Of a stretch of DNA of 64,000 nt, positions 49,836-61,500 are shown one piece after another. Under the pieces are notes generated by a model. That model was not told the origin of the DNA and did not search any database. It saw nothing but the letters and a program-made list of their open reading frames with translations. The translations under genes and the position numbers were made by a program. Origin of the DNA: Podarcis muralis (Eukaryota); NCBI RefSeq assembly GCF_964188315.1, contig NC_135656.1, positions 93,930,001-93,994,000 of the forward strand. Reading direction: 5' to 3'. Position 1 is the stretch's first letter. Every line of letters starts with the position of its first letter.

Positions 49836-49933
49836 GTATGGATGCAAGAGGTTCTGGGGCAGCAGTCTTAAATGGCCTATCCAGCTGTATGTCAATAACA
49901 CTATGCTTTATCTTTAAAGTGGTATTGTGTTGA
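49836..49933 (+). CDS. CNTN3: Contactin-3 last coding exon, GPI-anchor signal ((S)MDARGSGAAVLNGLSSCMSITLCFIFKVVLC*)
   Basis: ttgtag|GT ATG GAT GCA AGA GGT TCT...TGT TGA; SMDARGS is typical of CNTN3; hydrophobic C-terminus. Confidence 0.92.
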
Positions 49934-50079
49934 TGCATTTTCACAGATAGGTGAAGGCCAGGTGAATAATTTACTTTAAAAGTGCTTTTTAAAACAACAA
50001 TAGCAACAACTACAAATGGTGGTTATGCATGGATCTGCTACCATTGATTTTAAACACTTTCTATGAATTTCATTCAAAA

Positions 50080-50090
50080 AATAAAATAAA
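50080..50090 (+). terminator. Candidate proximal polyadenylation signals (overlapping AATAAA x2)
   Basis: AATAAAATAAA about 150 nt after the stop codon. Confidence 0.35.
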
Positions 50091-50469
50091 GAGCAAACCA
50101 TATACATATTAAACAGTTCCTTCTAAAGGAATATAAAATGCCTTAAAATGTAATGAACCAAAGGACTTTACACATTACATGCTTCGGAAATGACAAAAAT
50201 AAGAGGATGCACATTGCAAAACAAAAAAGATGCGAGAGTTCCATTTTCCAAGCAACTCGGAATTATTTTAATGTAAATTGCAACAAAATCATACACATAC
50301 ACACAGATGGAAGATAAAACAAATCCGTATTTCAGCAGTATCTGATGGGAAACTTTGAGTTATTTTCTAAAAGCCTCACAATGGTGAATGGTAACTGGAT
50401 AACTATCATTCTGGCCTTTTGTTTTATGTCCTTTTTTTCTTACTAATTAAACACCACAAATATCTAAAA

Positions 50470-50825
50470 AGGTAAAGGTACCCCTGCCCGTACGGGCCAG
50501 TCTTGACAGACTCTAGGGTTGTGCGCTCATCTCACTCTATAGGCCAGGGGTCAGCACTGTCCGAAGACACTTCCGGGTCACGTGGCCAGCGTGACAAGCT
50601 GCATCTGGCGAGCCAGCGCAGCACACGGAAACGCCGTTTACCTTCCCGCCAGTAAGCGGTCCCTATTTATCTACTTGCACCCGGGGGTGCTTTCGAACTG
50701 CTAGGTTGGCAGGCGCTGGGGCCGAGCAACGGGAGCGCACCCCGCCGCGGGGATTCGAACCGCTGACCTTTCGATCGGCAAGCCCTAGGCGCTGAGGCTT
50801 TTACCCACAGCGCCACCCGCGTCCC
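50470..50825 (-). mobile_element. Sauria SINE, subfamily B, antisense in the probable CNTN3 3' UTR
   Basis: Reverse complement of the subfamily B sequence, intact CpG-rich head. Confidence 0.9.
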
Positions 50826-51049
50826 CCATTTAAAGTCCCCCTTGCCCCCATTTTTTTTGTACCATCTACATGAATGTTCAACTGCTTGTTCTTATTTTGT
50901 TTTTAAAAAATAGATTTAAATAGTCAAGTTCTTTATGGTTTTTAAGCTTTTTTTCAATCGTAAAAAAGAGGAAACTTTCTTCTAGATGCTGCACTGATGG
51001 AAGCTCTTAGAATTTTGTTTTTGAAGGATTGTATGTCTGTACAGCATCA

Positions 51050-51200
51050 CATAAGAAGTGCCTCCTAGATTGGGCCAATGGGCCCATCTAGCCGAGCATC
51101 CTGTCCTCACAGAGGCCAACCAGATTCCCATGGGAAGCCCAAAATCAAGACTCTAGCACAAGAGCACCCTCCCCACTTGTGATGCCCAGCAACTGGAATC
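51050..51200 (-). mobile_element. CR1-tail-type retroposon fragment; related copies at about 1242-1420(-), 12750-12906(+), 23160-23310(-), 24412-24525(-)
   Basis: Shared CATAAGAAG...CCATCTAG...ATCCTGT...CACAG.GGCCAACCAGAT...GGGAAGCC...CAGCAACTGG block. Confidence 0.6.
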
Positions 51201-52706
51201 ACAATTTGAGTATCAAGAGGCCCGGGGGCTTATTTTCACCCTGGAGCACTTAATGGTCCTTGGCCTTTTCTACCAGTCTGCATTAGTGCAGCACAGAGTG
51301 CTCCTCTTTGAAATTACGAATCAGCAGTTTTAGCTTAGCATCATAAAAGTACAACGATCAAACCTCCTAGTGTAGGGGCTGCTAGAATGTTCTGGAATAT
51401 CAGGTATTACTTGGATTCCAGTCTTTTCACCCAGCAAGTATTACTGCCAAGAGAGGAGCGTTCGCCACAGAAAGACACGGCAAATAAAATATTGCCACTA
51501 GCCCTTAATACGGACCTACTTCCGATTTCTATTCAGCTAAAAGTTGGTAGCTCTAATATTGTTCAGCCATGCAACAATTACAGCATCTTGACCCTAACTG
51601 AAAAGCCTTCTGTCGCATGAGTTTAGACTTTTCCTAATATGTTCAGTACACTATAAGATATCATTACATAGCTTCCTTTAAGATAGGCTTCCTTATTCTT
51701 TCTTTGTAACCTATAACTCCTCCCGTTCCTTATATTTTGACATTCTTCTCTATACGTCATATTTATCATTGTATTTTTTTAAAAAATAAAATAAAAAATA
51801 AACACAGAAGAAGTGCCCAGAGTAGAACATCACACTTTTTGGTGCAATGCACCAGAGCCTTATAGCCAGGGAATATTACCGCCCTAAATTATTTGTGGTG
51901 TATCTGAATATGCAGCCCTAAATCTGTTGCCCTTCTATATACCACTGCTACATTTTGTGTCCCGTTCATTGGATGCTCTTTGAATATTGGTCCTGCTGCA
52001 ATTTATCCACTTTTTAGAATGATCCTGGATGATAACAGCTTCACTGCCATTTTCTTATTTATCAGCAGAGACTTTTGTCAGTATTATTAACTGGACTGTT
52101 TTAAATCAACATTTTCATAGCAATGGGTATATATATAGAGAGAGAAATCTATTCTTGGTACATTTGAATGACTACAGTTTCAATGTTTACACAATTTTCA
52201 TCTCAAAATTTCTTTTCCACACTTACTCCTGACAGGTGTCAGCCATAGAACAATTCAGATATCACTCTAAATTTTATTATGCATTCGGATAATATATCAC
52301 CATACAGCCCAAACTTTAAAACACACTCTTTTTCCCAGTGTCTTGGGAAAATCTGTATATATTGTACATAGTAAAAGAACATAAATAGTTACTTGCTCTT
52401 CAACATGGCAAACTACTGATGCTTCCAAACACTTTCCGATAGGTGGGAACAAACTCCTTTTTTGTGTAATTCATACTCATGCAATGAGAGGTGAATCTGT
52501 CATTCTTGCTATAAGAAAGTTATACATCATGTTCCTGTATTGCCATTGTCACGACCATCCTCTTGAATTTAAATCCTTGCTCTATTGTCTCTATGAGATG
52601 TGTGCAGAGTATTTTGTTTCATATTGAAAAGTTTTATCAATTTCCCCTTCAACTCCTAGCTGTGTGTGTATATCCTATGGTTATCTGTATGTATTTTTTT
52701 TATTCT

Positions 52707-52712
52707 AATAAA
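52707..52712 (+). terminator. Candidate distal polyadenylation signal
   Basis: AATAAA preceded by a U-rich tract, at the end of about 2.8 kb of UTR-like sequence. Confidence 0.45.
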
Positions 52713-52989
52713 ATATTTATAACATTGAAAAATGCCTGTGTTACATCCTGTTGCTATAGAATCACAGACATTTCGTATTAACATTGCAGGCATGTACAGG
52801 TCTGTTCCTTATGCTCGTAAGAATAGCCTGGCAAGTGATACGTCTCTCCTTTTCTGTCCATAAATGAGTTAAGCTGGAGTGTTTTGATTTAAGCCAGTGG
52901 TTTTTAAACTGCATTTCCAAGAATTGAGACAATTCCTGAATAGCAGCCTCCCCAACACTCCTGGTCTTCAGTCAAATAGAACATAGCGC

Positions 52990-53380
52990 TTTTAAAATTT
53001 AATTGATTTAATTTTCAAAAGTTTAACATATGTGCTCTAATACATAGTTTTTTCTATTCTTTTGTCAATTTCCCATCCTGTTTTCCATGATGCTTTTTAC
53101 CCCCCCCCCTTTGCTGTACTCTATCTTCTCTCCCTTATACCATAACAACAAAATAACAGTATCTCTAATTCCTTCTGTTGCTCATAGTTTAAATCCTGCT
53201 TGCGCGTTCATCATAATATAGTATTTATTTAAGCAATCCAAAAAAAGCTTGTATTCTTCCATAAAACATTCGTCATTAGGTCCTCTTATTTTGGCTGTTA
53301 ACTTTGCCAATTCCGCATAGTCCATCACCTTGCTTATCCATTCTTCTTTGTTGAGAACCAAATGGAACATATCTTGTCAA
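52990..53380 (-). mobile_element. L1-clade LINE 3' end
   Basis: Minus-strand KEEWISKVMDYAELAKLTAKIR resembles squamate L1 ORF2 C-termini, followed by a UTR and A-rich tail. Confidence 0.6.
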
Positions 53381-53394
53381 TGTTGAAACAACTG

Positions 53395-53600
53395 GCTACT
53401 GCACATTCCAAGGTGCTGGTTTTGCCCATAAGGCCCTAAATAGTTTGGGATCCAGCCATTTCCTCCTGCATGAACTTTCCTCAAACACCTCCCACTGTCT
53501 GAAATAAGGTGGGTGATACTTGTGGAAAGGGCCCTTTCCTATTGTAGCACCCTGACTGGGGAACACGCCCAGGTAAGCTTATCTGGCACTGATTCTGGTG
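53395..53600 (+). mobile_element. Old L2 3' fragment
   Basis: Degenerate HWLP...KVLVL..KAL and RAF motifs. Confidence 0.5.
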
Positions 53601-55819
53601 TTGTCTTTGTGCCATTTTAATGCAAATTCTTGGATCTTTTGAAAAAGTCTTATTTGTTTTGATGGCTGATGCTATTTTAAAACGATCGATATATTTATGC
53701 CTTTATGAGAGCGTTAAAGAATACTGCAGTCCGCTGGTATATTCTGGGCTCGGTTGCCTGATGACACCCAACAGACCTGGCCAGGGTCCTACAGAAACCA
53801 GTTTATACGCACTGGAACATGAACCCAAAGTAAAACATTTTAAGCCAAGAAATTAGGCTGTCTAAACAGTATCTAAATTAGGATGTCACTACTGATGAGG
53901 CTGGCAACACAATCCTATACATGTTCACTCAGTTGTAAGTTCCATTGAGCTCAATGGGGGTTACTGTCAAGTAAATGGGTTTGGATTCCCACCTAAATCG
54001 CTTTACATGTTGAGTATTTGGGGCTAATTTGTGGATTGGGGAACTGTGCACAAGGATCCTTTCTTTCCTTCTAAAAGCCATCTTGCAGTCTAGCACTCTT
54101 AATATGAACATTGCCTACTGTAAAGTAGAAAGAAAGAATGCCCCCACTTTGTTTTCCTGCTTATTTCCAACTAATGGCCTGTTTCAGTATTCTTCTTACA
54201 AATATAATGATTTTCAGCATATGAGGAAAGAGAAAACAAATTGGCCTTTTCTTTCCTTCCTCATTGCTCTTCACCTTATACTTGACTCGTTGAAACAGCG
54301 AGATCCCTTCCTTTGCTGTGTCCCTCTAATCATCGCAAAACATGTCCATGCACAGAAGCCAGACCCACATTATCAAGCCAAACACGAGGGAAACGAAATC
54401 CATTTTTGGCTTTTCTGCCTTGTTATAGAATGGGTTTGGGAGTCACTGGGCAATGTTACTAAGAAACAGCACATCCTTCATGTGTTGCCAGTTGCTACCA
54501 AGCCCAGCATTTAGTCCAATGAAAAAGCCAATTAGAACAAACTGCAGTTACATGGCCTTTACATGAGTATTGTGATGCCGAGCCAAGCGCTGGAAGACAA
54601 ACAAAGTGTTAAGTTCAACATCCATTGACAAGGTGGCATGATAGGAAATTTAACAGCAAACTGGGTGCCAGGTTCTGAAGGACTGAAGATAGGAACCTTT
54701 GGAATGAGACAGGACCCTACGCTTAAGTATCTGCCTATGATTTGCATTTGTTGCAACAGGACTTACACAGTAGAAATCAACACTCTACAATTACAGGTAA
54801 ATAGATGCTGGTTGAAAACAGGCCCAGTTCAGATGCACTGTTACTGGTTCTTTAAACCATGGTTTGTGAAACTGTGAATACGCATTAAGCCCACACATTT
54901 CTCCCTCAGTGCAGAGGTCTTTGTTTGACTAGTTAAACAGATGAGCTGGGATTCAAAACATGAAGGGGTAGATGTAAGCCTTAAGGGACTGTAGCTCCAC
55001 TTCTAAGGGCTGGTTCAGACATGCAGCATGACTGTATCATTAGGTCATGACTTGTACATGTAAATGACACATCGCAAATTGGGGGCGGGGCGGGAATACC
55101 AAGGCAACATTGCTTACATAATACTTTTCTAGTGGTGCAGCAATAAAACTGTTAGCACGTTTGCAAAGCTAAGCAGGGTCCAGTATGGTTTCAAATTGGA
55201 TGGGAGACCATGTGTTGAGTTTTGATTACCCTCATGGTCCCTTCCAGCTCAAGGATTCTATGATTCTTCAAGCATTCTATATAAGTTTGTGGTCTCACTG
55301 TCATGCAGACTCTCATAAGAAGCCCTTTTGGCTGAAACATGATGGGCTACTAATAAATACCCCCATAGTCCTTCGTTTTGGTAGCTATTTCCTGGAGGGG
55401 TTTTGTGTTTGTGTGTTCTAGATTTGTGATAGGCCAGTTACATGCACAAGTTGTGACCTCATAATACACAAGCTGACGTTTTACTGCAATTGGAACTTGC
55501 ATGTCATCCACTGTTGAGTAATCAACGGTTGCATCCAACTAAACCCTACACAAAGTTGAACCACTGAAATCAGTACTTAGGTTAGGTATGGCCATTGATT
55601 AAGGCTTATTTGGATACAGCCCCAGGTACTTTGGCTCCTTTTCAAACCAAGCTTATTTTTACAACTTACGGACAGAGCAGTGTCCTGTGAAAAGATTGGT
55701 TCTCTTAGTGAGATGCATACTTTTATTTTTTAAAAAAAAATATTATGTGCCCAACTGGCATAGCTTTCAGAATAGATACTACAGTATCATAAACCATATG
55801 AAATAATAATCATAAAATG

Positions 55820-56157
55820 AAGGTAAAGGGACCCCTGACCATTAGGTCTAGTCACAGACGACTCTGGGGTTACGTCGCAAATCTCACTTTATTGGCCAAG
55901 GGAGCCAGCGTACAGCTTCCGGGTCACGTGGCCAGCATGACTAAGCCACTTCTGGCAAACCAGAGCAGCACACGGAAACGCCGTTTACCTTCCCGCTGGA
56001 GCTGTACCTATTTATCTACTTGCACTTTGACGTGCTTTCGAACTGCTAGGTTGGCAGGAGCAGGGACCGAGCAACGGGAGCTCACCCCGTCACAGGGATT
56101 CGAACCGCTGACCTTCTGATCGACAAGCCCTAGTCTCTGTGGTTTAACACACAGCGC
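55820..56157 (-). mobile_element. Sauria SINE, subfamily A, lacking the first few head bases
   Basis: Collinear with the 47830 copy. Confidence 0.88.
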
Positions 56158-57049
56158 ATAATTAAAACAGAAGGAAAAACAAAATAGAAAAGTAACACAA
56201 CTGACATATCAAAAGGCCTGTGGACACACACAAAAATGCCTTCCCCTAGTGCTGGAAAGACACAGCACTGAGAGCAATATCAGCTTTCTTGGGGCGAGTA
56301 CCAGAGAAGGACTTCTGGTAATAGATTTAGTGTATGTTGTTTATTTAAATATTTCTAGCGCTCCCCTCATTGTCAATGAGTTTCAGGGCCAAGTACCTAC
56401 CATGAAGCCACAAACAATCACGTTTAATGCAGAGTTCCATGAGAGCAAATAAAACGTGGTCAAAACAACAAAGTCTACAAGAGAAGAGCAGGTAGCACCC
56501 TTCCAGCCTAAAGCTACAATACCAAGAGCCAGCAAATACATCTTCAGTGGGTGCTGAAAATAGCCAAGGGGTGGTGTAAATTAAGAGTAGTGCAAGGGAG
56601 TAGAACGGAGAGTGGTGCATGAGCAGGTATGGTTGCATGCAGCATCTTAAGCTGAGGAAAGGCATCCTTTTTTTTGTTTCTCAGAAGGTTCAATAAGCAA
56701 AAGGTTCACAGAGGTGTAAATTCTTGGGAGCTGTTTGAATTCCTGTTGATAGGAATGCCTCCTGACAGCACAGCTCCTGAATCTTTTAAGAGATACACCA
56801 CAGTCAGGAGTTCAAGTGCTGAACATTTACCTGTGGCTGCATTTCTATGACAACCAAACCCTCTCCTTCTGAATTTCTGATATAGTATGTTTTTAAGTGG
56901 ACGGCTGAAACAACAAGATCTGCAGCATAAGACTAAAAGACAAAACATGTTTACCATGTTATATACCACAGTCATTTTTCAACTTATGACCATACTGCCT
57001 TCCGTTCACCTGTTCATCCTGTTGATGCTGCCCCTACAAGTACTGTACA

Positions 57050-57376
57050 AAGGGCCCAATATACCTGAAGGAGCGTCTCCACCCCCATCGTTCTGTCCGG
57101 ACGCTGAGGTCCAGTGCCGAGGGCCTTCTGGCGGTTCCCTCACTGCGAGAAGCCAAGTTAAAGGGAACCAGGCAGAGGGCCTTCTCGGTAGTGGCACCCG
57201 CCCTGTGGAACGCCCTCCCACCAGATGTCAAAGAGAAAAATAACTACCAAACTTTTAGAAGACAACTAAAGGCAGCCCTGTTTAGGGAAGTTTTTAATGT
57301 GTGACATTTTGATGTATTTTTAATCTTTGTTGGAAGCCACCCAGAGTGGTGGTGGTGGTTGCTGTTGTTGTTGTTG

Positions 57377-57411
<35 letters not shown>
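57050..57411 (+). mobile_element. Young L2 3' fragment with open ORF2 C-terminus
   Basis: GPIYLKERLHPHRSVRTLRSSAEGLLAVP...RQRAFSVVAPALWNALP...FRRQLKAALFREVFNV*, then microsatellite tail. Confidence 0.8.
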
Positions 57412-57412
<1 letters not shown>

Positions 57413-57619
57413 CCAACCATCACACTATTCATACCAGGTGCTAATGAGTTCAGCTGTAACTTCCGCAGCAGGAAACTTTTTCTACTCTTTACAATGTGAC
57501 AATGTGGAACCCTGATCTATCCAAAGTTACAGCTGAACTAATCAACACAAGCTAAACTCATGAACTCAGTTACAGCTGAACTCGTGAGCAGCACAACAAT
57601 GTGGGGGTTGGGAGCAAAG

Positions 57620-57900
57620 GCACTGCTGAGGTCCAAGCTATCTGAAAGACCATACTCCCACATATGAACCTGCCCAGGTTTTGAGATCTTCAAGGGAGGC
57701 CCTTCTCGGTGGATGCTCCCAGACTCTGAATCTCCCCCCCCCCCCAGAGAAGCTAGACTGGTTCCCTCCTCTTTTTGCCAGCAGGTGAAGACTTTATTGT
57801 TCCAACAGGCTTTTGGGAATTGAGTGCTTTGAATGAAAGGATTGGCGCCTGCTGTTTTTATTGTAATTAGCTATATGTTTTAAACAGATTTTATATATGG
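57620..57900 (+). mobile_element. Old L2 3' fragment
   Basis: YLKD/RAF-type remnants, GAAGACTTTATTGTTCCAACAGGCTTTT end of ORF2. Confidence 0.5.
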
Positions 57901-57919
57901 TTAATGTTTACACTGAGCT

Positions 57920-58560
57920 CACCTAGCTTTGGTCTACTGACTGCCAAAAGCTCTCCGGGGTTTAAGGTGGTCTTCTCTAACAGCCCCACCTGGAGATGTC
58001 AAGAATTGGGTCTGGGACCGTCTGCCAGAAAAGCAGATTGCCAAGCTTCAGGGAATTGGCCTCCTCCCCCGTGGTCGTAAACGATCAAACGAAAGGAATT
58101 CTTATCAGTTAGTTTCTTTAATAAACACGGCAAAGAACAAAAGAAAGCATCTACCCAGAATGGCGGTGCTCCCAATTAAGGAATACACCCCTTCCATCCC
58201 TATTAATCTACATCACTCCTACGTTTTTGTAAACTGAGCTTGTACCCTCTGCGCTTTCTGTTCTGAGACCTTCTGAGCTCTTCTGGACCTTGGGCTGGGC
58301 AGATGAATTCTGTCCAACGACTGTGAATCTGTTAACCCAGTGTTTCTTCTCCTAGCTGTTCCCCAGTCAGTATTTCCCAGCTTCTGCCTTCTGAACTATG
58401 CCCCTCTGCAAACCGCTGTTCCAAATCTATACTGTCCTCCTGCTCCTGGGAAGATGCAGGAGCAGGGAGAGCAGGTGGCTCCCACCATGCCTCCTCAGTG
58501 CAGCCCCCCTCAGCACAGTCCCTGACACAGATGCTCGACCACTGAACTATGGCACTTCCC
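57920..58560 (-). mobile_element. tRNA-derived SINE with CR1-like tail (Squam-type), split by the solo LTR
   Basis: 57920-58038 and 58533-58560 join into the reverse complement of the SINE at 34323. Confidence 0.65.
58039..58527. mobile_element. Solo LTR, 489 bp, inserted in a SINE
   Basis: TGCCA...TGACA termini; exact 5-bp TSD CAGAT (58034-58038, 58528-58532). Confidence 0.8.
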
Positions 58561-61500
58561 CACAGAGAGACGGATCACAGAGAGACGGCTACTCACAGAG
58601 AGATGGATCAACCATTAATAACCTCTGTAAATAAGGACTTTAACCAGTACGGGGCTATTCACCACATGCCTTGGGGGGGGGGGGAATGGCCTCTCTAGGG
58701 GAAGGTAAAATAGCCATGCTGGACTAGGCTGATTGAGCTGTAGTCAGAAGCCACTTGCAGGATGGGGCTGAGCCACTGCAGTAGCTTTCTAGCAGGAGGG
58801 TTGCTGCTACTTAATGGGAGGAGGAGAGGTGAGATGGCAAGGAGGTTGGCATGGTGCAGACGCACCAGCAGGAGTGCTGGATTAGCTCTGCTGATGCATT
58901 CCCCCCTGCAAACCCACCCCCTATTTTGCACCTTGTCCTCGCAGTAAACAACAGCAACTCACCTGGCAGGAATCAAGCATAGCCATTCCAGCAGGTTGCT
59001 TCTAGTTCTAGTCCACAGCATCTGGAGAACAATGGGTTAGTTCCACCAAACAGCCAAAAGACATTTCATTACGAACATAGGCTAAGAAGGAGACAATTTC
59101 AGTATCCGTATATTTTCTCATGAATGTAAAGATCTTAATTTTGATCATTTGGAGCAAATTTCTTCACCTTGCTGAGCAGCCAGTCCCCAAAGCCTTGAAA
59201 GGGTGTAGTTATCTCTGTGTCAAACTGGAATTCCTAACAGAACAAAACTCTTCACACTTTTAAAGTGCATCCAATTCTGGGGGCACTTACCCCTGTGCCT
59301 CACAGTTTTCAGAAGTTAATATGCCATTTTACTTTTAAGAAAGATCAGAAATTAACATTTCTGTCCTTTAAAAAGCTGGTAAGCAGCAGCATCAGACAGA
59401 AGTGGGCAGCTCCTGACTGCATCTGCATGTAATACCTTAACAACAGGCAGTAAAAACTAGCAGCTCTGCGTGAGAGGATGCATTGATCTGACAGATTTCA
59501 GACTGGGAAATATAGCTGTGAAGTACTGGGGAAAGAAAGAAAAAGAGTTGTGGGGGGAGGCACAGGGAATAAAGAATTGCCCTGTATTATTTTACCCAAA
59601 TCATCTCCAGGACAGAAAAGCAAAACTTGGCATAGCAAATGCAGATATTTTTACATGTGCATTGTCACTTTTTGATCAAACATAGTAGTAAATGCAGACA
59701 TTCTTTATGCTGCTGCACACTTACATCAAGTTACTATATAAACAAAGATGCACAGTCATTATGCCACTTGAGATCTTATTTTGTTCATATTTACCAGCCT
59801 CCCTTTTACTTGTATGATAGCAAACTGTCCCACAGGGATCTCTGCCTTCTGCCTCCCCCTTCAATAGAAACTAGGGCTGATTCTGCTTCCTTTTTTTCTT
59901 GGCTTTTGGCTCAGAACAACAGAGAACAATAGCAGGGGGTTCTGAGTTATTTTCCAAGGCTGGTTTTCTTTTCCCCCCTCTTCTGCACTCCCTTCTGTTC
60001 CAATGTATGCAACTATCATATGCGTATGATGCAAACGTGGTTCTCCATCTAGTTTTGAACACCAAGGGTTGTAGACAATGCTAGTCCAACTCAGAGTAGA
60101 CCCATGGAAGTCAATAATTGGTTTATGATTTATGTTTGGAGCCCGTGGTGCTTAGAGCCTATTAGATATTTTTAGGATTGCAGTCTGAATGCCTTATGTT
60201 GTTGGTAAAGTTGGGGAGAGAATGGAGTTTTATTTATTAAAGCAATTTTATCCCACGCCAGCAAAAGAAAGAAAGAAGCTGTCAGAGTGGCCTAGTTTAT
60301 AATAAAAGATACAGTCTACCTGCAAACTTTACTTCTAAAAGATATTTCATAAAAGAAAAAGGTATTAGGAGGGAAGAGAAAAACGAGGAAACTCAGGCAC
60401 CAGTAAAGGGCCTGTATTGTAGCTGTATCTTGGTTGTTCTTGAATTGCCAATTATTCTGGTCCAGTATAATATATGGTAGCAAAATTTCTCTGAACGCAG
60501 ACACATATTCACAAATGGACCTCATAATTTCAAGGACTGGCTCAAAAAATATGTGCTATACCTCCCTCCTCTTGCCCCAAATCTCTTTGTGAAAGATGTT
60601 AAGAATTCAGTTATGAGATACCATCTCCAGCTATGTTACAAAGATATGTGGCTCTTTGTCTGTTCAGAGCATCTGCATCCTCTATTTTGCTTTCTCAAAA
60701 TTCTATTTGCTCAACTCCCAGGTTCAAGTTCTTTAGTTCAATGAGAAAGAAAGATTATTAATGTTTTGTATTGCAAGATACAGTACTTATATAACAATGA
60801 GCCACATGGGTAGCAGTCGAGCCTACTTAAAAGTCCTTGGAGCTCAGAATGCTATTGGAACCACATCAATTATAATAAATAGGCCTCTGGTAAAGAACTA
60901 CAACTTCATTCTGTCACAGACATGTACAGTTTGTGTGCATGTCTGAATGTTGCAGATGTGTGCTAAGAAGAGGAAGCAAGATGCTTTTAAATCCAATGTA
61001 CGTGCTAATCTACGATTGATTATTTTATTTTTACAGTGCAGATATAGGGACAGCCCCCTCCTCCTCAATCAGAAAACAAAACAAACAAAGCCTGCAGAGG
61101 AATCTAGTTGACGCAATAAATCTGAAAAGACCAGGCTTTGTTTGGGAACTGGACATGTGAAGGCAAAAGTATGTCGAGGGATGGCGGCACATGTAGGGAC
61201 ACTGAGAGGCAGTTACAGCAGATTCTGATGTACTGGATCCCACAGCCAATAGGAGCTCCAGACTCTTACATTTAAAAAAACCCACAAATCTCTAGCTGTC
61301 TTAGAAAGAAAGTTATAAATCAAAATGTGCAGGTAACCTTCTAAGCTATTTCTGAGAGATAAGACTAGCTTCTCCTGCATTTCAGTGCTTTTAGCCAATG
61401 AATGAAGTCAGCTGTGATTGACAAGTGAGTTGTTTAGACATCAGGTGAAAGGAATCCCTGGGGTCCTAAAGAGCTACCATTCCCCCCTCCCCTTTAGTGT

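Noticed and set aside
6959-49933. Alternative identity as CNTN4, CNTN5 or CNTN6
   Set aside because: Peptides AKPHWVQLIKD, DPLLDI, PFSVGWQ and SMDARGS fit recalled CNTN3 best
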